A stretch of 64,000 nucleotides of DNA from Heterodontus francisci. Its lineage: Eukaryota. The notes under the pieces are model-generated. The model made no database searches and was not told where the DNA came from. It was given only the letters and a program-made list of their open reading frames with translations. Positions 49,406 through 60,800 of this stretch are shown one piece after another; within the stretch, counting starts at the first letter, position 1; each line of letters begins with the position of its first letter. The DNA is taken from NCBI RefSeq assembly GCF_036365525.1, contig NC_090407.1:28275860-28339859 (forward strand). Direction: 5' to 3'. A program made the translations under genes and the position numbers.

Positions 49406-51790
49406 AACTCAACCCTCCCATCCCCAATACACCAACAGTCCCATTACCTTCCTTACATCAGAGTTACAGGTTTTATCCTTGCTTCTTCAACATCAAATCC
49501 AGAATTTGAAAAAAACACATTGATAATCAACTCAGTTATATCAGTTAAGAGAAATAATGAAGCCTCACCCTTCTACCAGCCCCTTAGTGCCTGGCCTGTG
49601 TGCTCCATTTCCTATCCTGCACCTCCTATGAGGTGTTTCCCCAGTGGCTGCAGCACAAGAGGACCCTTCAGGTGGTTGAGCTCGAGCAACTCTGGGCCTA
49701 GCTGCAGACTGCGCCATCTCGGCCTCGGCTGGCTATATGGCATCAGTAAGAGCATTGGTGGGGGTGGGAACAGGCATGGAGCCAGGGTCAACGCCCTGAG
49801 ACAGTGCCTCAGTACTCCAAGGGCTCTGTGCAGGACAGCTGTGATGCTTTGGAGGGCTCTCAGTTTCCTTTTTTGTGTGTGCAAGGGTCCCGCTGATGCA
49901 GAAACGCCATTAGAATAATGCAAATTCCCTGGGAAAATCCGGCTTGTTATGTCTGTCCCAAACTCATTATTTAAAAGAACGTGCTAGCTCTCAGTTAAGT
50001 CTAAGCCACAGCCCATGTGTAAAAGCAGACAGTTGCTACGTTCTGTAATTATATAGCAGATGTTGCAAGGTTGCTGTACAGGTTGTGCTGAGATCAGTAT
50101 CTCTTTTATCCACGAGGTGGAGATATAGGATCACTCAGGAACTTGACTGGCCAAGGATTCTCACACTGAACTCCTTTCCCCAAAGTGTGGAATGAAAACA
50201 CCGGCATGGACTGGTGTTGGGCCGAATGGCCTCTTTCTGTGCTGTAAACACAATATAACGACTGCTGATCTTTCTCCCCTCTCTAACCCCGCGGCTCCGA
50301 GGCCATTTATGCTCCAAAGGAAGTTCCACAAGCTCACCACGGATTGGGAACGGACTGCTTCCTGGTTCCTGTGGCTCAGGGCCATGCGTGGGTGCTGCAT
50401 AAACCCAGCGAGCGGAAGAGCGGGGAGCTGTGAAGAAGCCTTTCAAGGTGGGATGAGAATGAAAGCGGGTCCTGTAGCCAGAAACAGATTTGCGTTCAGT
50501 TTCCAAGGCGATGATTCACTTTGCCTGCTGCGCCCACACAGTGCAGGTGGACCTGTCGCTTTGTTGCACCTCTTCAATCCTCTTATTCATGACAGTACAA
50601 GAATTTTTGAATGAGTTTCCAAATTTTGGCTTCGTCACTGCGTGGAAAATAAATGCTAGTTATTACCTTTTCACCCCTAGGACTGTCAGTCACTTAATCC
50701 GGATCCATTGTCTGATGATTGGCCTTGGGAGGCGATATCTTCATCATTAGTAAATTCTGACAGTTAATGACTGCTCCAAGATAGAGTCAGTCTCTGAGCC
50801 AATGAGTCAATGTTCAGGAGGGGAAGGGAAAAACTAGGAAAAGGAAATTATTTCCACTGGCAGGGGGTGGCAGTAACCAGAGGATGAAGACTTTGAGATA
50901 ATTGGCAAAAAAAATCCAGAGGGCAATTTATCTAACGCTACAAATCGTTGTGATCTGGAATGCACTGCCTGAGGGAGTATTGGAAGCAGATAAAACAGGA
51001 ACTCTCAAAATGGAATTCTATGTGTACTTGAAAAATAAAAATTTACAGGGTCTGGGAAAGAGCAGGGGAATGAGACAAATTGGATAGGTCTTTCAAAAAG
51101 CTGGCACAGGCACCATGGGCCGAATGGCCTCCTGTGCTAAATGATTCCAGTTCAAAGACGATACTCTAGCTGGACTTTACTTTTAATAATCTGTTTGCTT
51201 TGCAGTTGCACCATACTGGCTGCAACACGGTTGCACAATCTGGATCGAGTGAAAGGTGAATGGACAGTGTGACTAATGCTGCCCAAAGTTCTTTCATAAC
51301 AGGGCCTTGGTTTTAATCCAACCCCAGCGCATATGATGCCAATCTCTTCCTGCTGCTGGCTATAAAAGTTCTGCACATATTCCCTCAAACGTCCTCTCGT
51401 GGAAGTGGTGCCTGTTGTTGGGCTCTCACAGGGGCTGTGCTGTTCAGTACAAGAGACCATTCTAGGTATGTGAGCCGAGACAGAGAGTGTCAGCAGGTCA
51501 CTCAAGTGCTGCAGCCGAGTGCAAGTTTCCAATGATCTAACCCAGGGATGTTGTGGCCAATAGTAGGCCCCACCTCTGCCCTCAGCCAAGACAGGGGATC
51601 GAGCCTGAGGCCTTCCTGGGCTCTGTGGCTCAATTGTGTACTGAGGGTGCGAAACCGACTTATGGCAATTCAGCAGCCCATTTTTACATCCAATGGTGTC
51701 AGTCTTGGCTCAGTAGGTAATACACTTGTTTCTGAGTCTGAAGGTTCTGTGTTCAAGTCCCATTCTGGGGATTTGAGCACGTAATCCCTG

Positions 51791-52591
51791 TTGATGGAAT
51801 TTAATCCTGAGAAGTGTGAGCTGATGCATTTTGGGAGGACTAACAAGGCAAGGGAATATACAATGGCTGGTAGGACCCTAGGAAGTACAGAGGGTCAGAG
51901 GAATCTTGGTGTACTTGTCCATAGATCACTGAAGGCAGCAGCACAGGTAGATAAGGTGGTTCGGAAGGCATATGGGATACTTGCCTTTATCAGCCGAGGC
52001 ACAGAATATCAGAGCAGGGAGGTTATGATGGAGCTGTATAAAACGCTAGTTAGGCCACAGCTGGAATACTGTGTACAGTTCTGGGCACCACACTATAGGA
52101 AGGATGTGATTGCACTGGAGAGGGTGCAGAGGAGATTCACCAGGATGTTGCCTGGGCTGAAGCATTTCAGCTATGAAGAGAGACTGAAAAGGCTGGGGTT
52201 GTTTTCCTTACAGCAGAGAAGGCTGAGGGGGGACCTGATTGAGGTGTACAAGATTATGAGGGGCATTGATAGGTTAGATAGGAAGAAACGTTTCCCCTTA
52301 GCGGAGGTGTCAATAACCAGGGGGCATAGATTTAAGGTAAGGGGCAGGAGGTTTAGAGGGGATCTGAGGAAAGAAATTTCACTCAGAGGGTGGTTGGAAT
52401 CTGGAACGCACTGCCGGAAGGGGTGGTAGAGGCAGGAACCCTCACAACATTTAAGAAGTATTTAGATGAGCATACAAAGCTACGGGCCAAGTGCTGGAAA
52501 ATGGGTTTAGAATAGTTAGGTGCTTGATGGCCGGCAGAGACATGATGGGCCGAAGGGCCTGTTTCTGTGCTGTCTAACTCTATGACTCTAT
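51791..52591 (+). mobile_element. CR1 LINE 3' fragment nested in a Deu-type SINE (halves ~51695-51790 and ~52592-52950)
   Basis: 212-aa ORF MEFNPEKCE...LYKTLVRPQLEYCVQFWAPHYRKDVIALERVQRRFTRM; (CTCTATGA)2 tail. Confidence 0.9.
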
Positions 52592-53229
52592 GATAGTCCA
52601 GTCTGGTACTGAAGGAGTGCTGCACTGTCAAAGGTCTTTTGGATGAGATGTTAAACAGAGGCACTGACTGCATCTTAGGTGAATGTAAAAGATCCCATAG
52701 TACTATTTTGAAGAAGAGGAGGGGAGTTCTCCCCAGTTTCCTGGTCAATATTGATCTGTCAATCAGCACAAAAAATGATTTTCTGGTCATTATCTCCTTG
52801 TTTGTGGGAGCTTGCTGTGCGCAATTTGACTACCTCATTTCCTACATTACAAAGGTGCCACACTTCTAAAATACTTAATTGGCTGTAAAGCAATTTGGGA
52901 TGACCTGAGGTCATAAAAGGCACTATATAAATACAGCCCTTTCTTCTTTCAATGTCTTCCTAGACTGAGCCTTTTGAGGAAAGATGAAAAATATGCGGGA
53001 AATACTTGGTACTCGGAGACTCATCAAGGCCATTGGCTCATTTGTTGGATAAAAATTGTTTAGACATATATGTAGATGAACTGTAGTAACCCCTACAGTG
53101 CTTATCACCATTCCCCTTTACCATTATAACTGCAATATAAACCTCTCCTGACATTAACTGCTGACAACATTTGGAACATGTGTGAACCACCTTGCACTAA
53201 CACAGATGAACAGAATGTTAAACAAGAGT

Positions 53230-53243
53230 CCACCAGAGGGCAG
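53230..53243 (+). promoter_or_regulatory. CTCF core motif
   Basis: CCACCAGAGGGCAG fits CCASYAGRKGGCRS. Confidence 0.5.
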
Positions 53244-53249
53244 CACAAG

Positions 53250-53390
53250 TCTAAAGCAAAATATTACAGATGCTGGAAATCTGAAACAAAATCCCTGGAG
53301 AAACTCAGCAGGTCGGACAGCACCTGTCGAGAGAAAACCTGTCTGGTTTCCTTGACGGATGCAGCCTGACCTGCCGAATGTCTCCAGTGG
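53250..53390. mobile_element. Decayed Penelope terminal fragment with an inverted (hairpin) arrangement
   Basis: AAAGCAAAATATTACAGATGCTGGAAATCTG start; CTGGAGAAACTCAGCAGGTC pairs imperfectly with GACCTGCCGAATGTCTCCAG. Confidence 0.55.
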
Positions 53391-53805
53391 TCTGAAGCAG
53401 CCATATTGCAAGTGTTTCCCACCTCTTAGTCACTCTGTCCATTAACAGAGAGTAATATTGTGCCGGGTGTAAAACTGGCAATCCACCCAATCCCATTGGT
53501 TTCTCACCCAACGAGTTAGGTTAAAATTGCTCCCCTAACTGTCAGCAGCAGGACTGAGCCTGGTCCTTCTGCACGCTCCTTAGCAACGGTTACTGGACAG
53601 GACCCAAAATGGGAAACACGGCTAGCCGTGAAAGAGGGGAGCCACTGAATCCACAAGGCAGAAACACTGCGAGCTTCAAGCAATCATACTAAACCATAAG
53701 GGCTGATATTAAGGATGTGGCAGGTAGAGGTCAGGGGCCACCTGTGCTACTTAGAACTTCAGCGAGTCATTAAACTGCGGGACCGTCTGCCCTCTCAGCT
53801 GGATG

Positions 53806-54721
53806 TTGTTACTAACAGATAAGAAGGGGTCTAGGGGCTCCCTCTCAGCCTTTGCCTGGTTTAACAGTAACAGGGTTTAATTTTAAAACACCGTGTTTTT
53901 AGCTCCCCCTTAGTGAATCCTTGTTCAATGCTTTCTAATTGTAAGGCAAAGAAATCAGACAGGTTTTCTTAGATTTAAACAAGAAAGGTAAAAGTTTATT
54001 AATCTTAAACTCTAATCCAGTTAACGACTACAAATACGCTACATGACCACGCTAGCATGCATACACGATAAACACACACGCAGATAGAGACAGAAAAAGT
54101 AGAAGGAATAAAGGGGAAAAGTTTGAGGCAATATATGTTAGTGATTTACTGTCCTTTAAGTTCAATGTGGAGTCTTTGGTTGCCGATAAGTCCTGCTGCG
54201 CGTTGGGGCCCAGTTCACGCTTCAACTTGTTTCGATATCGGAGTCTTTTCTCTCTTGAGGTTTATGTGTCTTCCATGGGTCTGGGGGCTTGGGAGAAAGA
54301 GAGAGAGACAGCCAGGAGAGAGGCTTCCTTGTTCCAGCTTCAGTTGCAAAATGCCTTCTGTTCCTTTCTGTGTGGCCCAATTCAAAAAACTCCAGCTTGC
54401 CCAGCAGGTTAATCATGTGACTAGCTCCTTATTTGGAACAGTCTCTTCTGCAAGGTTTGTGGATTGTATTGCCTCAGCAGTCCCAGGAATGCACTTCCTT
54501 ACACCTTCAATGTCTGGTGATCAAAATCCATTTGGGTTAATTGGAGCAGGGAATAGCCCTTTGTCTCCACAAGCAGCGTCTCCTGGTATGCCAAATGTCC
54601 TTCCAGCCCAGTGTTTGGTGATCTTCAAAAAAATTTCTTCACTCCAGCAACACTTCAAAATCAATGTTCATATGACAAAATTAATATGCCTCATTCTTGG
54701 CAGGTGGGGGTCTGCAAGACA
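53806..54721 (-). mobile_element. Solo LTR inserted into a Deu-type SINE
   Basis: Termini TGTTAC...CAAGACA; TSD ATGT/AAGT; the host SINE reads GGATGT|AAAAGATCCCATGG when the insert is removed and continues to ~54990. Confidence 0.85.
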
Positions 54722-55349
54722 AAGTAAAAGATCCCATGGTACTATTTCGAAGCAGAGCAGGGGAGTTCTCCCCAGTGTCCTGGACAATATTTACCCCTCA
54801 ACCAACATCACTGAAACAGATTATCTGATCATTATCACATTGCTGTTTGTGGGAGCTTGCTGTGCACAAATTGGCTGCAGTGCTTCCTACGTTACAACAG
54901 TGACCACACTTCAAAAGTACTTCATTGGCTGTAAAGCACTTCGAGACATCCTGATGTTGTGAAAAGCGCTATGTAAATGCAAGTCTTTCATTTCTATACA
55001 ATTGTACCAATTTATTTGTAGCTTCAAATCCTATAGTTGGGATGTTAAATCCACCACAGATTGAAAACTCATTTCCCTGATCACAACACATGACTCACAC
55101 TGCAACGGTAATGAGTTTTATGTTGCAACATGTTAATGTGAAAGAACACACCCTGTACGTTGATTTTTTATGTTCCTTGCGGAACGCGCCAGTTTCTGAC
55201 TTTGACCCACAATCTCGAACAAACATGTCTGATTCAGCATGAAGTGTTGAAATCATTTATAAAACGACACAAACTCTGCAGTGGTGTTGTGTACCATAGC
55301 CCCAGGGGGAGGGGGCGTGGCGGGATTCGTGCCCAGACACGATTACCAA

Positions 55350-55985
55350 CATGTGCTGCCATGCTGTTGTGTGGAGAGGCCAGATGTTACTTGCTCATAG
55401 CGAAGGAAAACTGGGAAAGAGATGGTGACAAGGTGAGGTAGAGCAAGAAAGGGAAAAACTGCAAGAGAAAGAGCTGTAGAGGAGGCACATGCACATATAC
55501 TCGGAAAGGGAGTCGAAGAGACAGACAGCACTGGGCCGATCTCGTGATCCCTCTTGTGGCTACTTTCAACAGAGCTTCAATCAAAACCTGCAAGCATCTT
55601 GCTGTCTCAGCCACATTAAGCAAGGTAATGAGAGGGTGGTGGTGGGGTATTGGGGATTAATAATCAGCATCAAGAGCACAGGCTCACTAGTGGGTGGAGG
55701 TTTTGGTTTTCCAAGCTAACCCAGCTGCTCTCAAATGCAACACGTGGAGGGCACAGTGTGGGGCAGGGGCCACGGGTGTAACTTTCTGCAGTATGAACAC
55801 AGCCCACAGGCACACGCGAACAGAACCTCACGCTGCAGGTGGACATACGCTCCACGTGTGCTGCTCTGTGGAGATGTCAGAGGCCTGACGCTTCCTCATG
55901 CAAAGGAAAACTGGGAAAGAGGGGAGAGCAAGAGAGGGAAGCCTGCGAGAGAAAGAGCTGTACAGGAGGCACACGCGCATGTACA
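55350..55985 (+). repeat. Diverged ~150-bp direct repeat pair (55350-55500 and 55853-55985)
   Basis: Shared TGTGCTGC, TGTGGAGA, AAGGAAAACTGGGAAAGAG, AGAGCAAGA and GAGAAAGAGCTGTA.AGGAGGCACA. Confidence 0.8.
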
Positions 55986-56149
55986 CACAGAGAATCCGGA
56001 ATGCCTGCATTACATTCTAACCATGAATAAGTCCGAAGGTGGGCACCTACCTTGGTACTGAGGGTCGTGCCACCTAAACTGTCAATGGCAGCATCCGGCA
56101 GGTTGGCAATCGTCAGAAAGCTAGTGTCTCGGGGCCTGACTGAGGTGTG

Positions 56150-56535
56150 TCATTGGGTAACATCCTTGTTTTCAAATCCTTCCATGGCCTCGCCCCTCCC
56201 TATCTCTATGACCTCCTCCAGCCCCACAAGCCTCCACGTTCTCTGTGCTCCTCCAGTCTGGCCTCTCGTGCATCCTCAATTTTAATCGCCCCACCATTGG
56301 CGGCTGTGCCTTCAGCTGCCTGGGCCCTAAGCTCTGCAATTCCCTCCCTATATCTCTGCCTCTTCACCTCTCCTCCCTTACGACATGCCGTAAAACTTAC
56401 CTCTTTGACCAAGATGTTGGTCACCTGCCCTAATACCTCCTATGTGATTTGGTGTCAAATTTTCTTTATTAACATTCCCGTGTAGCGCTTTGGGATGTTT
56501 TGCCATGCTATAGGCCCTATATAAATGCAAATTGT
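56150..56535 (+). mobile_element. L2-clade LINE 3' end
   Basis: ILVFKSFHGLAPPYLYDLLQP...RSL and TIGGCAFSCLGPKLCNSLP; tail CTATATAAATGCAA. Confidence 0.8.
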
Positions 56536-56663
56536 TGATACAGAGATTATACAGCACCATAAAGAGGCACTGCCTCCACACGACAATATCTATTCTTTGT
56601 TCGCTGGATCCTCCTGTGCCACGACACGATTCACACCGAGACACGTCACTGTACCGCTCGTGT

Positions 56664-56673
56664 GTGACGTCAC
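56664..56673. promoter_or_regulatory. Palindromic CRE (GTGACGTCAC) in a CpG-rich patch upstream of DHRS3
   Basis: Full TGACGTCA at 56665-56672 plus half-site CGTCA at 56644-56648. Confidence 0.45.
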
Positions 56674-57263
56674 TGCGAAAAATATGCTGCGTGGTTATTC
56701 TGCTCTCCTGGGTGGTGTCTCTTTAATTAAAGACACAGGCGTCCCCTGATTGTAAAGTGCTGAAAGTGCCTTCCTTAATTTGTTTTAAGAAGAAAAAAAG
56801 TCGCCTTTTAAACAGGAGATGATTTGCCATCCAACGTGCAATCAAGGAGCGCTCCATTGGCTGTAAAGCTTTTCTTTTGGTGGGGGGGGGGGTGAAACGT
56901 CCTGAAAGGCGATATATAAATGCAAGTTTTTTTTGTCTCTTGCAGTCCTGATTGTTATACTTAATGTCAGTCGAGGATGCTTGCTGGGCAGGGGAAAACG
57001 GTGCAGATCCTGGTGCAGGGGGAGAAGTCAGAGGTGGATGCAGGCGAACAGTGTGTGTGTGTTGTCAGAGTTAGAGAAGGAAGGAGAGGGGGAGGGAGAG
57101 AGAGAGAGAGAGAGCCTGCAGTTCTGATGCAGAGACTGGCGTGTTGCTGCTGACTAGAGGGGGGGTGGTGTGTGGGTTGAGGGCTCGGCTTCACACAGTA
57201 GTACCGAGCGGATCAGCTCCCTCCCGACACTTAGACTCGTCAATCAGGATTAATGGACTGCTG

Positions 57264-57270
57264 TATAAAA
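57264..57270 (+). promoter_or_regulatory. Candidate TATA box of DHRS3
   Basis: TATAAAA ~380 bp upstream of the conserved ATG; true TSS unknown. Confidence 0.3.
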
Positions 57271-57339
57271 CCTCACCGCGCCTTTGCGAACACACACACA
57301 AACGTTTCCAGCTCTTTTATTTATATGTATGTGCTTTTC

Positions 57340-57340
<1 letters not shown>

Positions 57341-57370
<30 letters not shown>
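57341..57370. repeat. (TG)15 microsatellite; a second (TG)n at 57598-57618
   Basis: Read directly from the sequence. Confidence 0.95.
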
Positions 57371-57371
<1 letters not shown>

Positions 57372-57646
57372 CTGACTGGTCTGCAACGATTAACCTCTGT
57401 GTGATCCCGGAGAACAGCAAAGAGAAGAAAGAAATAAAATATTGGAAGGACCATGTTTTTTTAAACCAAGTGAAATTGATTGAACAGGACGGGCTCAGCC
57501 AGTGAAATTGACACGCACTTTAAAGGGGCAAAAAAAAGTTTTTTTTATTGGGGGGGGTTGAACTTTTCTGCTGCAGGGAACCGGGTGCAGTTCCTCTTGT
57601 GTGTGTGTGTGTGTGTGTTTGTTTGTTGTTTAGGATGAGCCCGGAG

Positions 57647-57841
57647 ATGGACTGGAGGAGTCTGACTTCGCTGCTGCTGTTCCCGGTACAAATGGCCTTT
57701 TACGTGGTGAAAGCTGCCGTCTTGCTGCTGCTGCCGGCCAGGCTGCGGGAACTGAGCCGGGAAACTGTCCTCATCACCGGGGGAGGCAGAGGCATCGGTC
57801 GCCACCTGGCCCGGGAGTTCGCCAAGCAAGGAGCGAGAAAG
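57647..57841 (+). CDS. DHRS3: Dehydrogenase/reductase 3 (retSDR1), coding exon 1; the gene continues beyond the window
   Basis: [65 protein letters not shown]|GTGAGT; SDR TGxxxGxG motif; 65 codons matching the recalled human N-terminus (MVWKRLGALVMFPLQM...GARK). In-frame upstream ATG at 57635. Confidence 0.95.
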
Positions 57842-60800
57842 GTGAGTCTCTGAATGTAAGGTAGCCCTGGCCCATTTTTGTTACTCTGCAAATGCATTTG
57901 GGGATGAAGTAACCAGCAAGTGATGGGTTACAGAGTTAATATTAATATCAGAGTTACAATTGCAATGCTAGATCACGGTTAGGAGCAGGGCAGTTTGTAC
58001 AAATGTGTTTGCATTCGCTCCGGAAGGATTTGCTTTTTGTTTTTGAATCTTTGAAATAAAGCTGCAATTGTTTCTGACAGTGAGGGTTAGGGGAAGCAGG
58101 ATGACTGTGTGTGTGTCAAAGGGTGAGGAAACCTGGAGCAACGCTGAAGCCTGTTTGCCACAAGAATTTTCCACATTCTCTAGTGTTATCAACGTGGGAT
58201 TGTTGCTGTGTTTGAGTTTAACTTTTAGTGACACTGTGTGTGTCTGTGTGCACGTTTAGCATTTGCTCCGAGCAGTTTACTGTTCCTAATACCAACCTGC
58301 TAATGGGCACATCATTCCTGGTTAGAGACATCTGGGCATGTTAAATTGCATAAAAAGTGCTGATTTCTCTTGTGTGTCGCCAGACCTGCTGTGTTTTTCC
58401 AGTATTTTCTGGTTTTATCTCAGTTCCAGTAGTTTGTGGTAAAACTGGCTATGGTTAATTCAACTTATGTAGGACACTTTTGACTGTGTAGTTATTTAAA
58501 TAACCCGGTCTGATTCTTCTGCAATGGGCCGATCTAAGAGCTGCCTCTGGGCTCAGGGATTTGGGGAGAAGCAGCCAGGCTTTCCCCTGCCGCTGCTGGT
58601 TACTTCGACAGCCCTGTTGAAGGGAGAGTGTGGGTGAGACAGGATTAGATTTGCTTCTACAACCTCTCACTCCCCACCAGACCAGTGTAGCCTGTCAACA
58701 CTTGCTGTCTACACTCACGTGGAGAATGGGAGCCTAGTCTAGCAGTGTCTGCAGGCGAAGAGGCAAGAAACCGCAACAGATCTGGTGCCGTGGGAGTTGC
58801 TTGGTAGGAACAGGAGGAGATCGTTCAGCCCCTCTGTAGCCTGTTCCACCATTCAGTTTGACCATGATTGATCTGTACCCCGCCTTGGTTCTGTACCCTT
58901 AATAGCCTTGCCTAACCAAAAAAATCTCAGTCTCAGTTTTGAAATTTTCAAGTGATCTAGCCTCGGCTTTTTGGGGGAGAGTTTTCAGATTTCCACTACC
59001 CTTTGATTGAAAAAGTGCCTCCTGCCATCAACCCTGAACAGCCTTGCTCAAATACAAAGGGTGCGCTCCCTCTTTGTTCAGGACTGCCCCCGCCAGAGAA
59101 TATAGATTATTTCGAAGATGTCTTCAAACACACAATTGGCAGATCACTATCCAGTTATAGAATCAACGCCCCTCGTGATCATGAAACATAACTGCTTTTG
59201 TCAAACTGTGATTTTTAACAATATCATTGTTAGGCAGCAAGCAGAGATTGTGACATGAGCATTTCACGTGGCTTGGAGGCCCTAAAACGTTCCTTACTGT
59301 GAGTACCTGTCAGGAAAATGTCTCTGTTGTAATCAGCTAGTTATAAACCTATTGCTTGACAAAGTGCACCTTGGCCATCAGCCTGGACGCTCTCTGGTGC
59401 TGAGAGTGTCAAACTGCATGGCTTGTCATGGAGTATTACACTCAGACGAGGTACTGGAGGGTGCTTGGGGCCTTGGGCTCCCTCCCCATGATTCCAGCTG
59501 AGTAATAGAGGATTGAAAAGTGGAGCTTACTCTAATAATTAGCTCCCTTCAATCCACTGAGCAATGTCACCAACAAAATACTGACTTGGTTTCAATATTG
59601 AAACAAAAAGATGAAATTAATTGAAAGGTTTGCCTCGTTGACAGAGTAAGGAATATCCAGGAGGGATTTGCAGGCTGGCATCTAAACGAGGAGACTTGTG
59701 TCCATTTAATGAAACTCAGGATTTAAGTTGGGCTTTGCTTTCATTCAAGTAATGAATTACTTTTCTAAATTGTGTGGGACCTGGAGGTACGCAGTAGCTG
59801 ATGTGCTTTTCAAAGTTGGTTTTGCAACTGCTGCAGTTGTGAAAGCTGGAACTACCATCTCACCTGCTTGGCTGCAACATGCCAACCTGATACCAGTTTG
59901 TTCTGCACCTTGTACTAACATTGTGCCAGGGCACGAGTCCCTGTGAACCAGCTCCTCCCTGGTAATGTGACCAAGGTTGGACAGTGAATGTTGGAAAGTT
60001 AATTGGGCAGAATTTGGATCTTCTCTGCCTCCTCATGCAAATAGTTTATTAACACTTACTCTTTAGCACAGAAAGACTGGACACTTGGACTGAGCATGTT
60101 CAGTACCTGTGGAGCCTGAATTCCAGCACAGGGGGCTTCCCACGCCTTCCCCAGCACAGGGAGAGCCCAGAAAGTGTTCCTTCCCTTCCCTCCCATGTCC
60201 CCAGCGGTAAAGTCAGTGGCAATGGGGAAAGCAAATGCGTGCTGATCCCACAAGCTGCCATGTTGTATCTACTATGGGTGGGTTTAGATGTCAATCCTGG
60301 CCTACCCCAGATGACAGTTTTGGTGTGTGGCTCAGTAACATAACCAGAGGGACCTGAACCATCACCAGACCGACTTTATCCAGATTTAGGTTACCAACGT
60401 CATTGAGGACATGCTGGGCTGTGCAGTAACCAATCTGCAATAGAACCTAGTGAGCGGGGCTCTGAATGGGCCTGGCCTTTACCGATACAGAGCCTGCCTG
60501 ATACCAGCAACTTCGATTATACTCGTAGTGACTAATTTGTACATGGGCTGCCAATCTCTGGTGAGGCTACCAGCATCACTTGGTGAGTCAGTCGGTTAAC
60601 GCAAAGCCCAGTGTGGTGCTGGGGTGTATACGGCAAGAAAGATCCCAAGTTCTGACACCGATTTCTTTTTCTTCTTTTTTTGTGCTGAGTCAGCGGATCT
60701 CACTTCGGGGCCCCAGAATTTGCCTCAGTGCCCCTGGACAGCAGAGCAGAGGGAAATCAGCCCGAGTTCCTGCTTGTGATTACTAATCCAGTGACTCTGG

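Noticed and set aside
51791-52429. 212-aa ORF as a host gene
   Set aside because: It is the C-terminus of CR1 ORF2 in a truncated, frameshifted LINE.
54123-54962. 279-aa ORF as a novel gene
   Set aside because: It runs antisense through a solo LTR into a SINE, has a TTG start and shows no domain.
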